Positions 9,196 to 17,400 of a DNA stretch of 64,000 nt are shown here, one piece after another (the first letter of the stretch is position 1; the number at the start of each line of letters is the position of its first letter). The notes beneath the pieces were generated by a model. It made no database searches, was not told where the DNA came from, and was given only the letters and a program-made list of their open reading frames with translations. The position numbers and the translations under genes were made by a program. This stretch comes from Opitutaceae bacterium (GTDB lineage Bacteria > Verrucomicrobiota > Verrucomicrobiia > Opitutales > Coraliomargaritaceae): assembly GCA_051252375.1 (NCBI GenBank), contig JBPOFY010000008.1, positions 32,001-96,000 on the forward strand. Direction: 5' to 3'.

Positions 9196-9807
9196 CTAGA
9201 GGATCGAATCGACTACTGATTGTGACAAGTGTTGGGCTTGATAAGACTCGCCTGTGATCACTACTATCTGACCAGAGAACGCCCGCAAGTGACTGTAAGA
9301 AGCGTTCAGTAGGTTCGTATACACACGAACAAGATCTGAGTTCGTGGTTTCTGCGATCGCATCACGGAGGTCCTCGATATCCACTTCTTCGATCAGCGCT
9401 CCTACTTTCAGGGCGTCCAGAAGGGACACCGAACCAGCAACAACGAGTTGGTCATAGAGTGACTGTAACTCTTCGTTTACGAACTCACCTTCGTCCAATA
9501 TTGGATCGGGAAGTCCATATTTGTTAAGCAAGTTCAACACGGCATCCATATGCCTCTGCTCAGAGACTGAAATGTTGGAAAAGATCTGCACGTTCCATTT
9601 ATCAGACATCACGAAATAAACATCACGTGCCAACTTTTCCTCTTCACGCATGAATGTAAGATACACTGCATCCGTTGCATTCAGAGACTGCACTTGTTGT
9701 TGCGCTTTCTTGCCGCCGCTACGGTTTTTACCAGCCTGCGCTGGCACCGCAAAAGCAAATGCTGCAAGAACTGTAAGTGCTAGAATGATTACTCGGTTTC
9801 GTTTCAT
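9196..9807 (-). CDS. DUF2202 ferritin-like exported protein
   Basis: MREEEKLARDVY, SEQRH, IEEVDI and SYSHLRAF motifs; signal peptide from ATG 9807 with AAGGAG RBS. Confidence 0.88.
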   Translation of the reverse strand: MKRNRVIILALTVLAAFAFAVPAQAGKNRSGGKKAQQQVQSLNATDAVYLTFMREEEKLARDVYFVMSDKWNVQIFSNISVSEQRHMDAVLNLLNKYGLPDPILDEGEFVNEELQSLYDQLVVAGSVSLLDALKVGALIEEVDIEDLRDAIAETTNSDLVRVYTNLLNASYSHLRAFSGQIVVITGESYQAQHLSQSVVDSIL

Positions 9808-9984
9808 GATATTGGTCTCCTTGGTTTGTGGTTTATCCGCCGAGACATCCGTGCCTCTGACTACGTGAATCATACAACGAACCCTAAATGAACACGACAG
9901 GAGATATCTACGATTAGCTGGACTCAACTACTGCGATCGGCCGTGAAACCGCAGAAACATCAAACAAGTAGCCACTGAAACAAA

Positions 9985-11052
9985 ATGTATACTAGCACGA
10001 TTATACACATTGGAATGGTTGCACAAAATAAGTTAAAAGAAGATGTGCTGGCAGCGTTCAGCGGTGATAAACAATTTTGCATGCTAACCAGCATGGCCCA
10101 GCAGCACGGGCACACCTCATTGAATATATTACTCCCGATCGATGAACGCGTGGAAGTATTGCAGCCCGGCTGCACGATCGAACCCTCGGAGCAATTTTGC
10201 CAACTTATCTGCGAGTCCAAAGAGGGTCAGAAACGTTGCTCAACTTGCCGTTATCTAATCGCCTGCGCCTGCCACGACAAGCAAAGCCGCTATTGCTGCC
10301 ATGGCGGCATCTCTGTTTTTGCATCTGCCGTTCGCCATCATATTCCCTCAGAGAAACAAGACCGCTTCCTTATCGTCACTTCAGGCCCCTTCCGTCGTGA
10401 CAATGATCAGGACCAATGGAAAGGCGTCTTAAAGCACGTCAAAGAACTCCCCGTGGAAAAATCCAACTTACGCTCAAGCTATGAGCGCTTACCAGTGATC
10501 GACACAGAAACGCAGGCACTGCTCAGCGAGATCGTCGAACTGGCTGCTGCGCGCATGGAGGATCTCCTTCGTCAAGCGCAGCTGAAGCATCAGAATGGTC
10601 GTTCAGCTAAATTACCTGAAAAATTAGAAGACTACATGTTTGCCCTCTCCCTATCCAATGAAGGTGAGATGCAGGAGGCGGAGAACCCCGCAATCATCCG
10701 ACTCGTCACTGGCATGATAAAGCGCAATCCGGGCTTACTCTTTAGTGTGGATAAGATCGCCCATGCCGCCCGACTGACACCAAACTATTTCTCGGCCCTT
10801 TTCCACAAACACACGGGACAAACTTTCAGCCAATTTCTAACCGAACAAAGGCTACTACGAGCACAGCACCTACTCGGAGACATCAACCTAAACATCAGTG
10901 AAATCGCATCTCAATGTGGATTCACCGACCCGAACTATTTCAGCCGAACATTTAAACAAAAGTTCGGAGCCACACCATCAGTATGGCGGAAAGCGCAAAA
11001 GGGTGAAAACGCAACGGTTCGGCAGTTCGATAAGCTCACTGCTTCTAAGTAA
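9985..11052 (+). CDS. AraC-family regulator with PocR-like sensory domain
   Basis: Cys-rich N-domain (FCQLI, RCSTC, YCCHGG); C-terminal AraC HTH (YFSALFHKHTG...CGFTDPNYFSRTFKQKFGATP). Confidence 0.88.
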   Translation: MYTSTIIHIGMVAQNKLKEDVLAAFSGDKQFCMLTSMAQQHGHTSLNILLPIDERVEVLQPGCTIEPSEQFCQLICESKEGQKRCSTCRYLIACACHDKQSRYCCHGGISVFASAVRHHIPSEKQDRFLIVTSGPFRRDNDQDQWKGVLKHVKELPVEKSNLRSSYERLPVIDTETQALLSEIVELAAARMEDLLRQAQLKHQNGRSAKLPEKLEDYMFALSLSNEGEMQEAENPAIIRLVTGMIKRNPGLLFSVDKIAHAARLTPNYFSALFHKHTGQTFSQFLTEQRLLRAQHLLGDINLNISEIASQCGFTDPNYFSRTFKQKFGATPSVWRKAQKGENATVRQFDKLTASK

Positions 11053-11060
11053 GAGCGGGC

Positions 11061-11076
11061 ACAACGTGATGCGCTG
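11061..11076 (+). repeat. 16-bp direct repeat ACAACGTGATGCGCTG, copy 2
   Basis: Identical to 9067..9082. Confidence 0.7.
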
Positions 11077-11118
11077 CGGGACGCAGCTGCGCTACCCTAA
11101 ACGGATTTCAAGTCGAAG

Positions 11119-12411
11119 CTACACCGGCAGCTCATAACCTTTGCGTCGAGGACGGTCTTGCATTGAAGCGGCTTCGTCGTCGCCGACGATTTGCTGAGCT
11201 TTCAGATCCCACTCAATGCGTCGCCCCACTCGCTCGGCGATGGCTGCCAACTGGCAAACCGAACCAGAGCGATGCCCCACTGACGGCGGGCAGATCGTCT
11301 CTTTGCGCGATTGCACACATTCGATGAAATTCGCGCGGTGCTCCTTGGACTCATAGACTTGGATATCTGCATCCGTAAAGCGATGGCGCACGAGCTCCTT
11401 CGGAGTCGTCTCGATTTTGCCACGACCGACACGGACTTCACCCTCCGTCCCGATAAAGTGAATTTGGAACTGATCCCTCGGCAACTTATCCCGCCAAACG
11501 ATCACCCCGTCATCGTATTTGAAATGGTGGTGCGACGCGCCTTCGAAGCCTTTCGGGATAAACTCAACCGGACCGCTGTCGTCTCGTCCAAGCGCCCATT
11601 GCGTGATGTCGTAATCATGCGCACCGATATCGCCATGCTTGCGGCTGCCATATTCCCAATAGCAGCGCCAACCGCCCTTGAAAGATCCTTTGGCACGATG
11701 ATCTGAGTATTCATGGAAAGGCGTCGGCCCTAGCCAGCGATCATAGTCGAAGCCCTCCGGAACCGGCACAATCTTCTCCTGCTCTGGCGGCCATGGGAAA
11801 CCTCCTAGGCGGCAGTAAACTTCTTTCACGTCACCGATCATACCGTTACGCACAAGATTCACCGCGATCCGAAAATAAACACTCGAGCGCTGCTGCGAGC
11901 CAACTTGTAACACACGTCCGTATTTTTTCTGTGCCTCAATGACGGCCTTGCCTTCTTCGATGGTTAAAGTCATCGGCTTCTCCACGTAAACGTCCTTGCC
12001 CGCTTTCATCGCCTCAATGGCGAGCGCGGCGTGCCAGTGATCCGGCGTGGCGATACAGACCACGTCCACATCTGGATTTGCTAAAATCTCTTCAGCGTAT
12101 CCACTGGTTTGGAGGTCTTTGTAGCCTTTTTGACCGAGAATTTTCAACGCACCCTTGATCGCTTTTTCCCTCACATCGCAGACCGCAATCGGCTGGATCT
12201 CCTTCAAACTGGGGAACGAGGCGAGGTGCCCCTTCGCAATCAGACCGGTGCCAATGAAGCCCAGCCCGATCCGAGAGTTGGCGCCGTTCTTGTCGGCGTT
12301 GCCCAGGGTTTGAGCCCGGACGATCTGAGGCGCCACCAAGAGCGCTCCGACAGCTGCAGCTGAGTTTTTGACGAATGTTCTACGCGAGGTATGGGGCGAG
12401 TGAGGTTGCAT
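11119..12411 (-). CDS. Gfo/Idh/MocA oxidoreductase with Tat signal
   Basis: SRRTFVK twin-arginine motif, IGTG, ATPDHWH, YVEKP and VGSQQRS. Confidence 0.92.
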   Translation of the reverse strand: MQPHSPHTSRRTFVKNSAAAVGALLVAPQIVRAQTLGNADKNGANSRIGLGFIGTGLIAKGHLASFPSLKEIQPIAVCDVREKAIKGALKILGQKGYKDLQTSGYAEEILANPDVDVVCIATPDHWHAALAIEAMKAGKDVYVEKPMTLTIEEGKAVIEAQKKYGRVLQVGSQQRSSVYFRIAVNLVRNGMIGDVKEVYCRLGGFPWPPEQEKIVPVPEGFDYDRWLGPTPFHEYSDHRAKGSFKGGWRCYWEYGSRKHGDIGAHDYDITQWALGRDDSGPVEFIPKGFEGASHHHFKYDDGVIVWRDKLPRDQFQIHFIGTEGEVRVGRGKIETTPKELVRHRFTDADIQVYESKEHRANFIECVQSRKETICPPSVGHRSGSVCQLAAIAERVGRRIEWDLKAQQIVGDDEAASMQDRPRRKGYELPV

Positions 12412-12610
12412 ACTAACTTCCTATAAATCACCCCCGAGAAAGACAAGTCATTCTACTGAAGAAACGGATAAACGTAGGAAAGATAATTCGGCCCATAACC
12501 TTGAAGCAGCCACGTCCCTACGACAGGCATCACAGTTTAACTTTACGAGGCTCGCATGAGAGTATTTGGTAGAGACACCTGCCCTCTCCTCAACCCCACA
12601 ACACCCTACC

Positions 12611-12976
12611 ATGATGATCACAGGCTCAATACAATCTGATTTCACACCCAGTGAAGTATCCGACCGCCTCAAAGTAGCCATGGCTGCTGGCAATTTCGAG
12701 ATCCTCAGTCAATCGAACGAAAGGATTGATTTTCGACATGGGACATATCTGACACAGAGCGCAACGCTACTACCTAAGCATGGTTCGATACTAATCACAC
12801 AAAATGGATCAGGCTCTCGTGTTGATTACGAGATCGAGATCTCCGGGTTTGCCAAGTATTGGTTGGCGTTTTTCGGCATTATCCTTTGCTGGCTGATCAT
12901 TCCAGCAATTCTTGTCCATCGAGCGTTATTCCATCATCCTGATCGTTTAATGAAGAACCTACTCCAAGCCATCTAA
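12611..12976 (+). CDS. Hypothetical membrane protein
   Basis: Clean ORF from ATG 12611 with one C-terminal hydrophobic segment (YWLAFFGIILCWLIIPAILV). Confidence 0.65.
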   Translation: MMITGSIQSDFTPSEVSDRLKVAMAAGNFEILSQSNERIDFRHGTYLTQSATLLPKHGSILITQNGSGSRVDYEIEISGFAKYWLAFFGIILCWLIIPAILVHRALFHHPDRLMKNLLQAI

Positions 12977-13023
12977 CTGGACGCCGAGCAAGACATAGCG
13001 CCACAACTACTCACCCCAATATT

Positions 13024-13305
13024 ATGAATAAGAATACCTACCTCGTTCCACTCTTCATCGCTCTACTCTCCTCGGCATTTGCTGATCAGCCCATTAAAAC
13101 CAGCAGTATTATCGAGCAAAAAACTGTAAATTGTAGCTGTGACCAGCACCCTACTTTCGAATATAAGGTAGCTACTACAGGAGCGCATTCCATACAGAGA
13201 ATACTCGATGAGCACGGAGAGGAAGGCTGGGAACTGGTCAGTGTCATCCACCGTGAGAGTTCGAATACATTTCTCTACTTCCTGAAGAGACCATCTGCAT
13301 CTTAG
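13024..13305 (+). CDS. DUF4177-like small exported protein
   Basis: Signal peptide; FEYKV...LDEHGEEGWELVSV...YFLKRP motif. Confidence 0.75.
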   Translation: MNKNTYLVPLFIALLSSAFADQPIKTSSIIEQKTVNCSCDQHPTFEYKVATTGAHSIQRILDEHGEEGWELVSVIHRESSNTFLYFLKRPSAS

Positions 13306-13395
13306 TGCTCTAAAAAATAAGTGTCGAACGAACAATAAGGGGCATTCCGCCTCTCCCGAGTTCTCATCAAATTACAGATGATATGTCAGCATTCA

Positions 13396-14427
13396 CTAGA
13401 ATGACAAACTGAGACTGCCACCTAGCCCAATATCGGTATTCTCATAATTTGAGATACCGAGCCCAGTTGAATTTCGCCGCTGATGATTACCGAAGACTCG
13501 GATCGCCATGGTTTCATTGAAATAGTAACTCGCAGTCACACCGATACTAACCACCGTGTCCTCGCGGTCGCCGGTGGCAGTGTTATCGTAAACTGAATAG
13601 CTGACTCGTGCTGACGGCTCGATGTAGAGCTTCTCAGAGACCCGATAGAGATACGAGGCCCCTAAGCTGTTCACAAAACGATCATTCAAGTCGTCTCGAG
13701 CGAACGTGAAGGCAGTGCTCTCGGTTAAATAGAGTGCACCTTCGTAGCTCACGGTAAGGATGCTGTTCTGGCTGATCGGTATACCTCGCTTCACTCCCCA
13801 ATTCGGAACGATCTCGTTGTAAAAGCCACTGCCATTGAGGTCATTCTCAAACTCAGTCCAGCGAAGACCGAGTCGCAACTGCCAAAGTTCATAATTCCAG
13901 TAGAGATCCGAAAAAACGCTAAGGGCATTAAAATCATTGTTCTCCACGGGGATACCCCCGATCACCTCGTCGCGATCCGAAAGACCGTATCGAAAGACCT
14001 GATATCTGACGCCGGTGTAGTTACTCCACTCGCCCGAAAGGAATTTCTTCTTAGGAGTCGTCACGCCAAACTGTGCAGTCAACACGAACAGGTCGGTCGA
14101 GGAATCTCCGCTGCCCTCTTGGAGCGTCGGGTTGGACGTCTTCAGATATTGAAAATCGATAAGTGCGTGGAACCAGTCATGAGGCGGGACCGATGGAATG
14201 AGCAGATATTGCGGCCCGAGGTCGAATAGTTCGTCCTCAGAGAAGATCGGAGCCACTGCTTCCTCCTGGTCCCCCAACCAAAAGGCGGAATCACTACCGA
14301 AGCTGGTGTCACTCGTGCTGTCCACCGAGGTTTGCGCCGCAAGTGGCAGAGCAGCACACAGGGTGAAAGCGGACCATAAAGACTGAAAACGAACAGAGGA
14401 AAATGCCATAAACTGGCATATCAACAC
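13396..14427 (-). CDS. Outer-membrane beta-barrel protein
   Basis: Signal peptide, amphipathic beta-strands, C-terminal GGSLSLSF (BAM-type terminal Phe). The GTG start overlaps the upstream stop (TAGTG). Confidence 0.8.
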   Translation of the reverse strand: MLICQFMAFSSVRFQSLWSAFTLCAALPLAAQTSVDSTSDTSFGSDSAFWLGDQEEAVAPIFSEDELFDLGPQYLLIPSVPPHDWFHALIDFQYLKTSNPTLQEGSGDSSTDLFVLTAQFGVTTPKKKFLSGEWSNYTGVRYQVFRYGLSDRDEVIGGIPVENNDFNALSVFSDLYWNYELWQLRLGLRWTEFENDLNGSGFYNEIVPNWGVKRGIPISQNSILTVSYEGALYLTESTAFTFARDDLNDRFVNSLGASYLYRVSEKLYIEPSARVSYSVYDNTATGDREDTVVSIGVTASYYFNETMAIRVFGNHQRRNSTGLGISNYENTDIGLGGSLSLSF

Positions 14428-17400
14428 TAAGGTGCGGTGCTGTAAAGATTGATTACTGAGGCCTCAATGCCCGTGCCACCCTGGGCAACAGATATGAAAT
14501 TCTGAGCGGGATCACTACCAACTGTCACATTGCTGATGAAGTTGACATAGTCGGGGAGCACTGAGGCTCCGGTGTTTGGATTATCTGCCAGCAAGCCGTT
14601 GGCGGAGCCCAACTGGATATTACTCGAGTCGTTGAACTTAACATCTGAGAGGATTAGGGTGCGGGCTCCGAGATTGATCGAAGCGATGCTACTGAGGTCT
14701 GAGGAACTCAAACTGAGTTCGTTGACCGCCTGCATGCTGAGGTCATCGGTATCAAGCTTCGTCGTCAGCGTGGCGATATCGTTAGCGGAGAATTCGATGA
14801 AATCTGCCTTCACATCAGATGCATTCACTGTAATCAGATTTCCCGCCTGCAAAGTAGCACGATTGCCAGCGGTCAGATCACTGTCAGCAATCGTTAGATT
14901 CAGGCCACTCACATTGAGGTCGGTAACAGCCGTTACCGACGATGCATTTGCGACAGAGATGGTTCCTGTCTGGTTAGTTGTAATGTTGTCTCCATCGAGT
15001 TTACTATCGTTAACCGTGAGACTTTGACCGCTCAAATTTAGGTCGTTTTCTGCCTTCACGCCATAACCGTTTGCGCTTACGATAGAGATGGATTCCACCT
15101 GAATATCGACATTGTTGTCTGTGGTCAGGTCACTGTCATCAACCGTGAGGCTTTGGCCGCTGATATTCAGGTCGTTTCCTGCCGTCAACTTCGACCCGTT
15201 TTCGATAGAGGTGGTTTCTACCTGGATATCGATATTGTTGTCTGCGGTCAGCTCACTGTCATTGATCGCAAGGCTTTGACCACTCAGATTCAAGTCGTTG
15301 TTCACCGTCACCTTCGATGAATTAACGATAGACATGGTTTCTGCATCAAAACTAGCGTTATTGGCCGCGCGAAGATCGCTCTTGTTGACCATTAGATTTT
15401 GACTACTCAATTCAAGTTCGTTGACAGGACCGCCTGCAATCGTGACATCATTGGAATCCACCGGAAGAAGGGGATTCCCCATATCCCCCGCAGTGAGCTT
15501 GGATTCGTTGAGATTGATATCACCCAACTCGGTAAAGATGCGAATGCCGCCGGATTTGTTCTCGAAATCTGCGTTGAAAAGTTCGATATCGCCGAAATAG
15601 CTGCCCAGAGAAAGGTTAACTGAGTTATCGTCGTCGATGAAGACTGTTGTATCGGTTGCAAAGGTAATGGCTTCGATTCCTGAGAACTCAATCTTGGAGG
15701 GCATCGTGAATCCGGTTAGTTCAAAATCGTCTTCAAAAGACATATTTTGCGATGCCTGCAGATAATAAGCCATGCGTCCATCTGTTCCGGCCGCAATACC
15801 GATAGGTGATACATTGAGGCTACCATCTATAAAATTGATATTTCCCGCCAGAACGCCCACGATCACACCATCTGAGCCCAGACCAATCGGGGTGTTGTCC
15901 GTGACCTGTATGCCCGGCGCATCCACAAAATTCAACGCGGGGAAGCCATCCGTCTGAGGTGAGACCGTAGTCTCGAGAATTCGATACAACGCTAAGAGCT
16001 CCTGAAGTTCATTGTTTCCGCTTCCGGTGGTGGCAACAAGGTCTATTCCCGTCACGAGTCCCAATCCGCCCTGCGCTAAAGAAACGTAATTCTGAGCGGG
16101 ATTACCATCAACTGTCACATTCGAGATAAAGTTAACAAAGTCGGGGAGCGCTGCGGCTCCGGTATTTGGAGACGCTGCCAACAAACCGTTGGCGGAGCCC
16201 AATTGGATGGTGCTCGATGAGTTGAAACTAACATCCGAGAGGATCAGGGTGCGGGCACCAAGATTGATCGAAGCGATGGCACTGAGGTCTGAGAAGCTCA
16301 GACTGAGCTCGTTGACCGCCATTACACTGAGGTCGTCGGTGAAATAATTCGTCTGCGTAGAAGTGATATCGTTCGCGGAGAACTCGACGGTATTTGCCGT
16401 CACATCAGATGCATTAACAACAATCAGATTCTCAGCATGGAGATCTGCATTATTAGCCGCGTTGAGGTCACTGCTATCGATTGTCAGATTTTGACCAAAC
16501 AAATCCATATCGTTAGTTGCCGTCACTATCGACCCATTTTGTATCGAGATGTTTTGCGTCTGAATGCCTGTTATATTGGCAGCGTCGAGTGTGCTGCCAT
16601 CGATCGTTAGATTTTGGCCACTCAAACTCAGGTCAGTATTTACCGTCACATTCGATGAATTGACGATGGAGATGGTTTCTGCCTGCAGATCTGCTTCATT
16701 GCCTGCGCTGAGTTCGCTGCCGTCGACTGTCAGGCTTTGGCCACGCAAATTCAGATCGCCAGCGGCCAATACCCTCGCTCCATTTTCGATAGAGATGGCA
16801 TCTGCTTGGATAGCTGTAAGATTGTCAGCGCTGAGGTCACTGCCGTCGACCGTCAGACTTTGGCCCGTGAGATTCAGACCGTTGACGGCTGTCACGTCCG
16901 AACCATTAGCAACCGAGATCGCTCCGGTTTGAACACCTGTGATGTTGTCTGCGCTGAGGCTACTGCCGTCGATCGTCAGACCTTGGCTGTTCAGATTCAG
17001 TTCGTTTGCTGCGGTTAAGGTGGATGCACCTGTGACGGAAATGTCATCCGTTTGCGTCGCTGTAATATTAGCGCCACCGAGGTCACTGCCATCAACTGTG
17101 AGGCTTTGACCCGTGAGATCCAGGTCGTTGGTGGCTGTCACGTTCGATCCATTGGCAACCGAGATCGCTCCTGTCTGAATGCCTGTAATGTTATTTGCGC
17201 TGAGTTGACTAGCGTCGACCGTCAGATCCCGGCTGTTCAAACTCAGGTCGATAGCTGCTGTTAACGTTGATACACCTGTGATGGAAATGTCCTCCGTTTG
17301 CGTCACCGTAATGCTGTCTGCACCGAGGTCACTGCCACCGACACTGAGGCTTTGGCCACTGAGATTCAAGTTGTTGACGGCTGTCACGTTCGAACCATTG

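Noticed and set aside
14430..16410. Duplicated C-terminal block as a DGR template/variable repeat pair
   Set aside because: Both copies are in the same reading frame, mismatches are not confined to adenines, and no reverse transcriptase is in the window.
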